Origin: an uncultured virus (IMG/VR IMGVR_UViG_2675903408_000004)
Taxonomy: Duplodnaviria > Heunggongvirae > Uroviricota > Caudoviricetes
Length of the DNA stretch: 20,000 nucleotides
Reading direction: 5' to 3' (one strand)
Virus record (IMG/VR): IMGVR_UViG_2675903408_000004
Span: 55,926 to 75,925 of that record
Part shown: piece by piece, positions 1-7,466 of the stretch
Layout of the letters: every line of letters begins with the position of its first letter
Position numbering within the stretch: position 1 is the stretch's first letter
The notes under the pieces: generated by a model
Told to the model about the DNA's origin: nothing
Databases searched by the model: none
What the model saw: the letters and a program-made list of their open reading frames with translations, nothing else
Made by a program: the position numbers and the translations under genes

Positions 1-138
1 GAAGATGCAGAGAATCTCTTCAAGAATGAGGAAGAAATTTACTTGCAACAAGAATATGTTGATGGCAATTTCTCTGGAGACATTGTAGTTTCTGAAATTG
101 CAACATATCAATTATCATATGAAAATGAAGCTTCTTAA
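1..138 (+). CDS. 3' end of an acidic hypothetical phage protein (truncated by window edge)
   Basis: Frame 1 is open from base 1 (EDAENLFKNEEEIYLQQEYVDGNF...YENEAS) to TAA at 136-138. Confidence 0.65.
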   Translation, partial: EDAENLFKNEEEIYLQQEYVDGNFSGDIVVSEIATYQLSYENEAS

Positions 139-175
139 TAAAATCGTACTTTCATAGGGAATAGGAGAGGCTACA

Positions 176-412
176 ATGCAAAATACAGTAAAAGTAACTT
201 TCAATGTAAACGGTGTAGAAATCAAAACAGATGCGGGTGTACCACAAATGCCAAATGGTATTAATGCTGACAATATGATTGTTTTGCATGCAAAAAGCAA
301 TTTGAAGAAAAATCTAGGCGTTGATATTTTTGAGGTTATGAATGCAGAGCATTACGAAGATATCGAACATCTCGTGACTATTGACAAATCAGGCTATACT
401 CAAGGTGTTTAA
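176..412 (+). CDS. Hypothetical phage protein, 78 aa
   Basis: RBS AGGAGAGG before ATG; bounded on both sides by the junction palindrome. Confidence 0.8.
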   Translation: MQNTVKVTFNVNGVEIKTDAGVPQMPNGINADNMIVLHAKSNLKKNLGVDIFEVMNAEHYEDIEHLVTIDKSGYTQGV

Positions 413-453
413 ATAAAATCATTCTATTATCAAAATTAGAGAGGGGCAAATTT

Positions 454-1002
454 ATGAACTATAAAGGCAAAATAAATACTGAGTTCTTATTGAAATTAAA
501 TGAGTGTATTAACTTTCTTCCAGATGACCATAACAACTTAAATTGGACTATTGTGTTTTATGATCAACAAAACTTTATTAATGATCATAAGGATAATAAA
601 GTGTATTCGAAAGAACATTACAATAAAATATTAGATAAAAATTCACTTGCTTCAGGATCTACAGTGAGTGAAATTAAAGAAATCCATCTGTTCCTTTTTA
701 AATATGAATTCACTCCAGCTGATTTAATAAAATTAATCGGAAACATTTATCATGAAATTAGACATGCATGGCAATACTCCAATAATATTTATGAAATAGA
801 AAACGAAATCTCTCCTTACGAAGATTTTGAAGCTTATATTAAACAGCCCTGGGAACAAGATGCATATAAGTTTCAGTTGAAATATATGAGAGTACATTAT
901 AACAAGATTTTAGAAATTTTTAATCTGAAAAACTATGTTGTCCCTGTTTACAATTTTCATGAAGATATAATGAAATTTATTAACGAGGAAATAATCAAAT
1001 AA
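454..1002 (+). CDS. Putative zincin-like Zn metallopeptidase (HEXXH), 182 aa
   Basis: IYHEIRHAWQ motif with downstream WEQDA (candidate third ligand E); RBS GAGGGG. Confidence 0.7.
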   Translation: MNYKGKINTEFLLKLNECINFLPDDHNNLNWTIVFYDQQNFINDHKDNKVYSKEHYNKILDKNSLASGSTVSEIKEIHLFLFKYEFTPADLIKLIGNIYHEIRHAWQYSNNIYEIENEISPYEDFEAYIKQPWEQDAYKFQLKYMRVHYNKILEIFNLKNYVVPVYNFHEDIMKFINEEIIK

Positions 1003-1037
1003 ATTAAAAAATGATCTGTTTTAAAGTTAATCTATCT

Positions 1038-1067
1038 AAAAAGAGCATTAATTTAAATGCTCTTTTT
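1038..1067. terminator. Bidirectional intrinsic terminator between convergent genes
   Basis: AAAAAGAGCATT-AATTTA-AATGCTCTTTTT, a perfect 12-bp inverted repeat with A/T tails. Confidence 0.8.
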
Positions 1068-1232
1068 CATACCGCAACGCCGGCATTCACGTAAGAATAT
1101 CCCACTCTTCACAGAGCTTTTGAACAAAGTGTAATCGCAATTGTCGCAGCGACCGTATTTTACATCAGGATACTCTTTGTAATCATAAACGATTGAAGTA
1201 TCATACCCGTTTGTTTCGTATTTCTCTTCCAC
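1053..1232 (-). CDS. Small zinc-ribbon protein, 59 aa (probably SPbeta YoyH-like); not in ORF track
   Basis: RBS AGGTGA then GTG; MEEKYETNGYDTSIVYDYKEYPDVKYGRCDNCDYTLFKSSVKSGIFLRECRRCGMKKSI, with CxxC...CxxC. Confidence 0.75.
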   Translation of the reverse strand: MEEKYETNGYDTSIVYDYKEYPDVKYGRCDNCDYTLFKSSVKSGIFLRECRRCGMKKSI

Positions 1233-1302
1233 AAGATCACCTACATAATTTATTCGACATACTCAAGAATAGCAAATTTCGTTCGATATAGGGAGGGAAC
1301 AA

Positions 1303-1553
1303 ATGATTGGTTTAGCTTAGTTTTTAATTATTTGGCTTGGAGTTGGATTATTGACTGGCATTAAGTTTATTTTTGTTGATCAGGTCTATGATGAAGAGTT
1401 TAAAGAACTCATGGATAAAGAAACAGCAGATGCATGGAAAGGAATTTGGCCAGCCTATTTTTCAAAAATAAGCTTAACGTTATTGCCTTTTTCATGTTAA
1501 TTGGTCTGCTGCCATTAGCAATGAGGATTACAAAATTATTTAAAAGAGGTTGA
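1303..1553 (+). pseudogene. yopE: Disrupted small membrane protein gene (YopE-like, 83 aa when repaired)
   Basis: RBS GGGAGG and ATG at 1303; in-frame TAG at 1318-1320; 1-nt deletion near 1430; two hydrophobic segments (FLIIWLGVGLLTGIKFIFV, VIAFFMLIGLLPLAM); TGA at 1551-1553. Confidence 0.7.
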
Positions 1554-1556
1554 TTT

Positions 1557-1772
1557 ATGCCTTTGCTTGATTATTTTTATGTGTTGCAGTTTGAAAACAA
1601 TGAATACTTCAAATCATTTAAGTTAGATGAGAGCGGTTATTTGACATCCAGTGACCTCCACGAAGCTTCTAAAATGTACAATATGTTAGAAGTCATTGAG
1701 GTTGCAAGTGAGCTCAAAACAAAGTGTAATGTCCAATGTGAGGTAAGGGAAATCCAAGTCGTAAAGCGTTAG
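1557..1772 (+). CDS. yopF: YopF-like hypothetical protein, 71 aa
   Basis: RBS AGAGGT; length and position between yopE-like and yopG-like genes match recalled SPbeta order. Confidence 0.65.
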   Translation: MPLLDYFYVLQFENNEYFKSFKLDESGYLTSSDLHEASKMYNMLEVIEVASELKTKCNVQCEVREIQVVKR

Positions 1773-1782
1773 GAGTATTTAG

Positions 1783-1914
1783 GTGTATTGGATAGAGTGG
1801 ATTGAGGATGGGGAAAAGAAAAGCATTGTGGCAGAAGGTTGGATTGAATGGGTTGCCATACTTGAAGACTTGTATCAGAAGCGGTTTGAGTGTGTTGAAT
1901 GGAAGCGGCTTTGA
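1783..1914 (+). CDS. yopG: YopG-like Trp-rich 43-aa protein; not in ORF track
   Basis: RBS AGGAG then GTG; MYWIEWIEDGEKKSIVAEGWIEWVAILEDLYQKRFECVEWKRL. Confidence 0.65.
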   Translation: MYWIEWIEDGEKKSIVAEGWIEWVAILEDLYQKRFECVEWKRL

Positions 1915-1972
1915 AAAGGGTTGTAAACAAAAATAGAAAGGTAAAAGAAAACAGGCAGGGGAGAGTGCACTC

Positions 1973-2686
1973 GTGTTTAAAACAGAAGTAAATGAATTTT
2001 CTCATAAAATAAAAAGTTTTAACGAGAAATTTCTAACGAATTTTGAACAAAATATAAATAAAATGCTAGATCCTTTAGATTTTAAATATAAGAGTGTAAT
2101 GATAAGTCATGGGTTTCCGCCAAATGGAAACGTTCCACTTCGTTTAACAATTGATGTAGCAAAGATTTTTGATTATTCGGAAGGAGACAAAGAGAAGGAA
2201 TTTTATTATCTTCTATTTAAATATTATGACCATTTTAGAGTTAAATACTTATTAAAAAGCTGGAGTAACATAGATTGGCTAAAGCGTAGGGTTCCTTTGT
2301 TAGAGGAAGCTGTGTTTGCACACAATAACGATTTGTTTTTTCTTTCAATACCTATATTTCTAAGTCAACTTGAAGGGGCGATTGCTGACGGAACTGGGCA
2401 TGTTGGAAAAATGAATTTTTCTTTAGTAAAGGATAAGCTAAAGAGTATATTGGTTAACCAGAAGCTCTTTAAATATGACAAAGAAATTGAAGAGTTTTAT
2501 ATAGAGACTGTACTAAATGGATTTGAACATAATCAGAACATTCCTGTTTTTAGTCGTCATGCGATATTACACGGAGGGGATATTGAATATGGAACAAAAG
2601 AAAACTCATTGAAGGCCATTATTTTATTTGATTACATAATTAAAAAAATTGAAAAGGAAAGTAGAGGGCAAACAATTGTTAATTAG
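1973..2686 (+). CDS. Putative HEPN-like RNase domain protein, 237 aa
   Basis: C-terminal SRHAILHG (R-x4-H) and upstream helix LSIPIFLSQLEG; RBS GGGGAG before GTG. Confidence 0.6.
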   Translation: MFKTEVNEFSHKIKSFNEKFLTNFEQNINKMLDPLDFKYKSVMISHGFPPNGNVPLRLTIDVAKIFDYSEGDKEKEFYYLLFKYYDHFRVKYLLKSWSNIDWLKRRVPLLEEAVFAHNNDLFFLSIPIFLSQLEGAIADGTGHVGKMNFSLVKDKLKSILVNQKLFKYDKEIEEFYIETVLNGFEHNQNIPVFSRHAILHGGDIEYGTKENSLKAIILFDYIIKKIEKESRGQTIVN

Positions 2687-3422
2687 TGAGTATTTAAAGA
2701 TTATTAACGGTGCAACGTTTATTAAAAATTCAAAAGTTAATGACAATGTAGTACTTATTGAATACTTCTCTTCTTTTTGTGACTACAAAGATATAAATAA
2801 ATGCTCCAGTATAACAGAAGAAGACTTTGAAAATTATTTTAACAGCGGGGATAAAATTTTGAAAATTGTGGTTGGTGAACCAGCAAGGATATTTAGGGAA
2901 TTTTCAAACATATCAGCTGTAATAATAAAGCTTCAGGAAATTTCTTATTGTATAACCAGAGCATCTTTAGGTTCTTTAACGAATTTAAATATAAGTGATC
3001 TTTCCACAGAAAACGAATCGTGGAGAAACTTTGCAAATGAACACATTTATAATAAATTGAATCGTCAAAAATTGTATAGCCAAATAAATAATTTTACAGC
3101 AGATCTGCATTTGAGAATTGGCCACAATAATTTGACCTTGGATCAATCATTGCAAGTTTTAAACAGCAAAATTGAGAAAGGAGAAGCAAGAATACTTAAT
3201 AACGGAACAATTGAGTTTGCAGCTCCAGGTACGTTTGATGAACCAGATAAAAAGAACAGTAAATATTCGCTGTTTTTCTTTCAAGGTGCATTAAGAGCAG
3301 CAGGAGAGTTTATAACAAAAAAAGTACTTGATGGTAGTCTGTTAGATTCAATTAAAGACTTTTTGAATGAAAAAGTTGTTATTTCAAATGATATTAATTT
3401 AGAAGTGGAGAAACCAATATGA
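2676..3422 (+). CDS. Hypothetical protein, about 248 aa, coupled to the HEPN-like gene
   Basis: ORF track 2649-3422; more likely start is TTG at 2676 after AGAGGG; overlaps the upstream stop and the downstream ATGA. Confidence 0.7.
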   Translation: MLISEYLKIINGATFIKNSKVNDNVVLIEYFSSFCDYKDINKCSSITEEDFENYFNSGDKILKIVVGEPARIFREFSNISAVIIKLQEISYCITRASLGSLTNLNISDLSTENESWRNFANEHIYNKLNRQKLYSQINNFTADLHLRIGHNNLTLDQSLQVLNSKIEKGEARILNNGTIEFAAPGTFDEPDKKNSKYSLFFFQGALRAAGEFITKKVLDGSLLDSIKDFLNEKVVISNDINLEVEKPI

Positions 3423-3757
3423 CTGAAGATGAAATAATAAATAACATTGGGAATCAAATTAAAGAAAGTGAATACTTCAAAAAAGGTTTTAAAGCTGGAG
3501 CTGAGTATAAAAATCGGTTGGAGAGTAAAGTTAATGAGCTTGAAACATTGCTTCTTGAGTTTATCGGATATGAAGATGAGTGGTTGTTAACTAAAGCAAA
3601 ACTAAAGAAAACAAATAGAGAAGTGCTTGCTGAAATAGTTATTAATCAACGCCAGCTTATGAGGGAGCTATATAATAAATTAGACAATAAAACAAAAATA
3701 GAACTAAAAAAGAGAGTAGAAAGTTGCATTTGGCCAATTATGCACAATGAGGATTAA
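3419..3757 (+). CDS. Hypothetical coiled-coil protein, 112 aa
   Basis: ATGA overlap with previous gene; RBS GTGGAG; helical, charged sequence. Confidence 0.75.
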   Translation: MTEDEIINNIGNQIKESEYFKKGFKAGAEYKNRLESKVNELETLLLEFIGYEDEWLLTKAKLKKTNREVLAEIVINQRQLMRELYNKLDNKTKIELKKRVESCIWPIMHNED

Positions 3758-3771
3758 CCCTCATTGTGTTT
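3743..3771 (+). terminator. Intrinsic terminator after the three-gene module
   Basis: CACAATGAGG-ATTAAC-CCTCATTGTG followed by TTT. Confidence 0.7.
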
Positions 3772-3809
3772 AGGTAAAATAAGAAATTCATTGATTTAAC
3801 AACAAATAA

Positions 3810-3860
3810 AGAATAAAAATAAAATATATACTTGAAATTCTGACAACTATGAGGTATATT
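3810..3860 (+). promoter_or_regulatory. SigA promoter of aimR preceded by the repeated element AGAATAAAAATAAAAT (probable SPBRE)
   Basis: Element at 3810-3825; TTGAAA (3832-3837), 17-bp spacer, TATATT (3855-3860). Confidence 0.7.
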
Positions 3861-3902
3861 ATAAACAAGGGAAGTGATAAGTGAATAAAGGGGGGAGACA
3901 AG

Positions 3903-5057
3903 TTGAAATTAAAACAGTTGATTAAGAACGAATGCGAAAAAGATAATCAGCTTGCAGCTAGACTTGCTAAATTGGCCGGTTATGAAAAAGTAAATGGTTT
4001 TTATAAGTTTGTGAACACCCCAGAAAAAGAAATGGAAAACATAGAAGGTTTAATAAACATCGTAAAAAGCTTGTTTCCTGATAATGAAAAACAGCTATTA
4101 AGTGAATACTTCTTAGAATTAGACCCTAACAAAAAATGTGCAAGACACTCGGTTGAATATTCCGATTTAAATCAGTGGGATGAGCTTACTGACCAGTTAA
4201 TTAAAAATCTTTGTGAATCAACTAATTCAATAAGCCGTGAATGGGGTCAGATTTACTCTATACATAGAAGATTAAATAAAAGTGAAATTACGTTAAATGA
4301 TGCTATAAGAGAAACGGGTAAATTCAGAATAAAAACCCCTGAAATGTTTTTATTTTCAAACATATTAATTATGTACGAATATCTGAAAATTGGTGAATTC
4401 GGTTTAATGAAAAGCACTTCGCAATTTTTAGATATAGAAGAGTTACCTGATGGATTTATTAAAGAATGTTATTATGGCCGAATTGAACTTTTAAAAGCCA
4501 ATATATCCTTGAATGACTACGAATTAGAAGATACCAGGATTCATTGCCAAAAAGTTATTGAAAGTACAAATAACAATAGATTAATTGTATTTGGTTATTT
4601 GACATATGGAAACACATTTATATTTGAAGATTATGAAGAAGCTAAATTATGTTATGAAAAGGGGATGGAATACGCAAAAGAAAATCCTCATCACGTCTAC
4701 AAATTAGAGCTAGCTCTTTGCTTTCTTAATAATGTTTGGGCAAAAGATAATAAATGGATTGATTTTCAGTCAAACGAGATACCGGATATGATTGAGGTTG
4801 CCTATTATTTAGTCAACATGAAGGAACTAGAGAAAGCAGCATCAATTATAGAAAAAATCGAGAAATTGAATGTTTTGGATGATGACTTAGGATTTCTAAA
4901 TCATGTTAAAGGTCTACTGTATGATGATGTCTCCTTCTTTCATGAAAGCATAAAGAAGTTCAAAAAATCCGGCGATAAACTTTGTTTAAATTTGCCTCTT
5001 ATTGAACTTAAAAAACGTGGATATACAGATGAAATATTGAATTTAATTTCACTCTAA
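3903..5057 (+). CDS. aimR: Arbitrium receptor AimR (RRNPP family, HTH plus TPR), 384 aa
   Basis: N-terminus MKLKQLIKNECEKDNQLAARLAKLAGYEKVNGFYKFVNTPEKEMEN closely matches phi3T AimR as recalled; TPR-like helices; directly followed by a secreted-peptide gene ending in RGA. Confidence 0.95.
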   Translation: MKLKQLIKNECEKDNQLAARLAKLAGYEKVNGFYKFVNTPEKEMENIEGLINIVKSLFPDNEKQLLSEYFLELDPNKKCARHSVEYSDLNQWDELTDQLIKNLCESTNSISREWGQIYSIHRRLNKSEITLNDAIRETGKFRIKTPEMFLFSNILIMYEYLKIGEFGLMKSTSQFLDIEELPDGFIKECYYGRIELLKANISLNDYELEDTRIHCQKVIESTNNNRLIVFGYLTYGNTFIFEDYEEAKLCYEKGMEYAKENPHHVYKLELALCFLNNVWAKDNKWIDFQSNEIPDMIEVAYYLVNMKELEKAASIIEKIEKLNVLDDDLGFLNHVKGLLYDDVSFFHESIKKFKKSGDKLCLNLPLIELKKRGYTDEILNLISL

Positions 5058-5087
5058 ATGTTGACATCCTTGAAAGGAGGTGAGAAA

Positions 5088-5213
5088 ATGAAGAAAATTT
5101 ACTTCGGTCTTGTTATTTTACTTGCATTAGCTGTTGGTTTCGTAAGTGGTCAACAATCTGTTGAAACTGCAAGTGGAGATGTTACAGTAGCCTCTGCTAG
5201 TCGTGGGGCGTAA
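5088..5213 (+). CDS. aimP: Arbitrium propeptide AimP, 41 aa; mature hexapeptide SASRGA (5193-5210); not in ORF track
   Basis: RBS AAAGGAGGTG; MKKIYFGLVILLALAVGFVSGQQSVETASGDVTVASASRGA*: signal peptide plus C-terminal xxxRGA. Confidence 0.95.
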   Translation: MKKIYFGLVILLALAVGFVSGQQSVETASGDVTVASASRGA

Positions 5214-5242
5214 AAAACAAATATAATACATAATACTGTCTT

Positions 5243-5274
5243 AGACGTTTGATCCATTGGATCAGGCGTCTTTT
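5243..5274 (+). terminator. Intrinsic terminator between aimP and aimX
   Basis: AGACGTTTGATCC-ATT-GGATCAGGCGTCT (13-bp stem with two G-U pairs) followed by TTT. Confidence 0.85.
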
Positions 5275-5289
5275 CTAATTTTAAGGGAA

Positions 5290-5324
5290 AGTTCCAGGAA
5301 TTCTAAAACTGAAAAATGAGAACA
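5290..5324. promoter_or_regulatory. Candidate AimR operator upstream of aimX
   Basis: GTTC (5291-5294), 25-bp A-rich spacer, GAAC (5320-5323). AimR proteins bind short inverted repeats about 25 bp apart at this position. Confidence 0.7.
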
Positions 5325-5337
5325 TGGGGGAATTAGA

Positions 5338-5493
5338 ATGAAAAAACAATTATTACAAACATTTTCTTATGAAGAAATGGCAAAAGGCTATGAAGAAATG
5401 GCTGCAATCAATTCAACAATAGCACAAGAGGATAATCACCTTGAGAATGAAGCGGAAATGGCTAGATCACGACATAAAACCTTGGCTTCCTAA
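5338..5493 (+). CDS. aimX: AimX, 51 aa, phi3T-type pro-lytic MazE-mimic protein; not in ORF track
   Basis: MKKQLLQTFSYEEMAKGYEEMAAINSTIAQEDNHLENEAEMARSRHKTLAS*; GYEEMAAIN resembles the MazF-binding GYMEMAKIN of B. subtilis MazE; RBS GGGGG; located downstream of aimP. Confidence 0.9.
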   Translation: MKKQLLQTFSYEEMAKGYEEMAAINSTIAQEDNHLENEAEMARSRHKTLAS

Positions 5494-5555
5494 GCAGAAT
5501 GAAACTAAATAAAATAGACATTTTAAACACATCGAGCACATGTGTTTATTTGTCT

Positions 5556-5606
5556 AGAATAAAAATAAAATTAATTATTGCATAATCTGTTGGCAACGGA
5601 TATAAT
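5556..5606 (+). promoter_or_regulatory. SigA promoter of the sro operon preceded by the AGAATAAAAATAAAAT element
   Basis: Element at 5556-5571; TTGCAT (5578-5583), 17-bp spacer, TATAAT (5601-5606). Confidence 0.75.
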
Positions 5607-5643
5607 GAAGATACATAAGATAACGTTGTTGGGAGATGGGACT

Positions 5644-5850
5644 ATGGAAGAATCAAATAAAAACGAAGAGTATAAGGTTACTTCATTAAGACAGTATCAA
5701 TACATAAAACAACTTAAGAGCTTTACTCGTGTTAATCTTCATATGGAAGATCCAGATGTGTTTACACCTAATAATGTTACTACAATGAGAAGAAATCATA
5801 AAGAGCATATGCTTATTAAGGATCAAAATAATACAATTAAATGCATATAA
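5644..5850 (+). CDS. Small protein, 68 aa, first gene of the sro operon
   Basis: ATG at 5644 after GGGAGATGGG; the ORF-track start at 5578 coincides with the -35 box, so it is unlikely. Confidence 0.65.
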   Translation: MEESNKNEEYKVTSLRQYQYIKQLKSFTRVNLHMEDPDVFTPNNVTTMRRNHKEHMLIKDQNNTIKCI

Positions 5851-5866
5851 GGAGAATAAAAATAAA

Positions 5867-6112
5867 ATGATCAACAATAAATTTTATACCGAAGAAAATA
5901 AAAAGAAAGTCTGGAAAAAGCATATGATTGTCTTGAAATTCTTAGAGCAACCAGGAATATCAGAAGCATATCTTAATTACTTGCAGGAAGAAATTCATAA
6001 TGATGAATGGATAGGGTTTGAAAATGAATTTTTTGAGGAACTGACTGGCAAACCTGTTATAAATGTAGGCGACAAAATTCAAGCGACAAAACAATATTCA
6101 GCTGTTCATTGA
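5867..6112 (+). CDS. Small protein, 81 aa, second gene of the sro operon (positional equivalent of the pro-lysogenic SroB/phi3T_93 slot)
   Basis: RBS AAGGAG; assignment is positional only. Confidence 0.65.
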   Translation: MINNKFYTEENKKKVWKKHMIVLKFLEQPGISEAYLNYLQEEIHNDEWIGFENEFFEELTGKPVINVGDKIQATKQYSAVH

Positions 6113-6145
6113 GTAAATAATTTTATACTTAAAGTAGGTGCTTTA

Positions 6146-6310
6146 TTGAATATATCTATTTTGATTAAGTTGCTAGACGTTTATGACTTAATGAAGCAAA
6201 TAGAAATCTGCAATGCAAATATTATGCTGCTAAGAAGCTCTAATCAAGATACTGACTGGTTAAATTTGTGGTATGATTTAGATAATTATTTAATGGATAA
6301 AATTAAATGA
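6146..6310 (+). CDS. Small hypothetical protein, 54 aa; not in ORF track
   Basis: RBS TAGGTG then TTG; MNISILIKLLDVYDLMKQIEICNANIMLLRSSNQDTDWLNLWYDLDNYLMDKIK*; the stop overlaps the yopP RBS. Confidence 0.55.
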   Translation: MNISILIKLLDVYDLMKQIEICNANIMLLRSSNQDTDWLNLWYDLDNYLMDKIK

Positions 6311-6320
6311 GGTGGAAACC

Positions 6321-7382
6321 TTGGAAATGAAAAAGCAAACACCATCTGTTAGGGATTACTCCATTTTTAATGACATAAATAGATGGTTTGATGAATTAGA
6401 TTTGAGAAATAGGGACGACAAATCAGTATACATTGAAAAGTCTAATACTAGAACCACCTATGAAAGGCATATTAGAGAATTCTTTAATTATCAAGTTGGA
6501 AAGGATATTGAATATTTAAATGATGAAGATGTAATAATAAAAAAGAATGATTTAATGGATTATAGGATTTATTTGGCTAAAAATAAAAACAATACAAATG
6601 CAACGATTAATAATAAAATCGCAGCACTGAAAAGTTTAATTAAATTCTTGGAGTCAGAGCACGACTGTGACTCAAGCGTTTTTAATTTTAGACCATTGCC
6701 GACAGAGAAGAATCCAGCTGGTTCATTTGAGGGGATTCCTGAAGCTGAAGAGTTTGCGGAAGCTGCATTTATCCATGAGAGACAAAACAGGTTAATGAAA
6801 AAGCTCTTTATTTTATTCAGTGTACGCACAGGCGCAAGAAAGTCAGAAGTCTTACGAGTAAAATGGGAAGACATAACGTATTCATCAAAGTACGATTGTT
6901 ACTTAGTCAATTTCAAGAAGACTAAACAGAAGAAAGCGAGACCAGTAGGTATTTCTAGCTCCTTTTATGAGGAGTTGTTAACACTCAAGAATGAGTATGG
7001 TGACCATGAGCTGATTTTTCATAAATTAACTGTAGACTCAATTAATGATATGTGGCACAGAGTTTGTAGAGTACTAAATATTCCACAGGAAAGAAATCTT
7101 AGGCCACACAGTTTACGAAATACAGCCACTAATTTTTCTTACAATGTAAGCGGAGACATTAAAAAAGTGGCAGCATTTTCAGGACATAAAAACATCAATG
7201 TGCTAAATGACCATTATCTAAATAAGGAAAGGGATTATTCTCAAGATCCTGGTGTTTTAATTGATCAAGATATAGATATTGATTTCCTGGACTCTGTTAC
7301 ATTAGACCAGTTTACACGGTTCTTTTTAGATTGTGATGTTTCCACTCGTAAGAAGCTCAAAAAATTTTTAGAATTAAAATAA
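6321..7382 (+). CDS. yopP: Tyrosine recombinase/integrase-family protein YopP (SroD)
   Basis: N-terminal SAM-like core-binding region; motifs TGARKSE (R), KTK (K), HSLR (HxxR), SGH (H), DHY (Y). Start is likely TTG at 6321 after GAGGTGG. Confidence 0.85.
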   Translation: MEMKKQTPSVRDYSIFNDINRWFDELDLRNRDDKSVYIEKSNTRTTYERHIREFFNYQVGKDIEYLNDEDVIIKKNDLMDYRIYLAKNKNNTNATINNKIAALKSLIKFLESEHDCDSSVFNFRPLPTEKNPAGSFEGIPEAEEFAEAAFIHERQNRLMKKLFILFSVRTGARKSEVLRVKWEDITYSSKYDCYLVNFKKTKQKKARPVGISSSFYEELLTLKNEYGDHELIFHKLTVDSINDMWHRVCRVLNIPQERNLRPHSLRNTATNFSYNVSGDIKKVAAFSGHKNINVLNDHYLNKERDYSQDPGVLIDQDIDIDFLDSVTLDQFTRFFLDCDVSTRKKLKKFLELK

Positions 7383-7466
7383 AAGTGATATAAATAATCA
7401 TATAAATGCTTTACTTGTACGTTAATGTAATGATAAATTTAATATGATTATGTGTGAGGTGATACT

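Noticed and set aside
1272..1285. GCAAATTTCGTTCG as a LexA box
   Set aside because: Only the right half-site matches.
2004..2022. ATAAAA-N7-TTTTAA resembling the junction palindrome
   Set aside because: The spacer is 7 bp and it lies inside a coding sequence; likely chance.
7370..7396. AGAATTAAAATAAAAG at the end of yopP as a promoter element or junction palindrome
   Set aside because: Two mismatches to the 16-bp element and no TTTTAW right arm.
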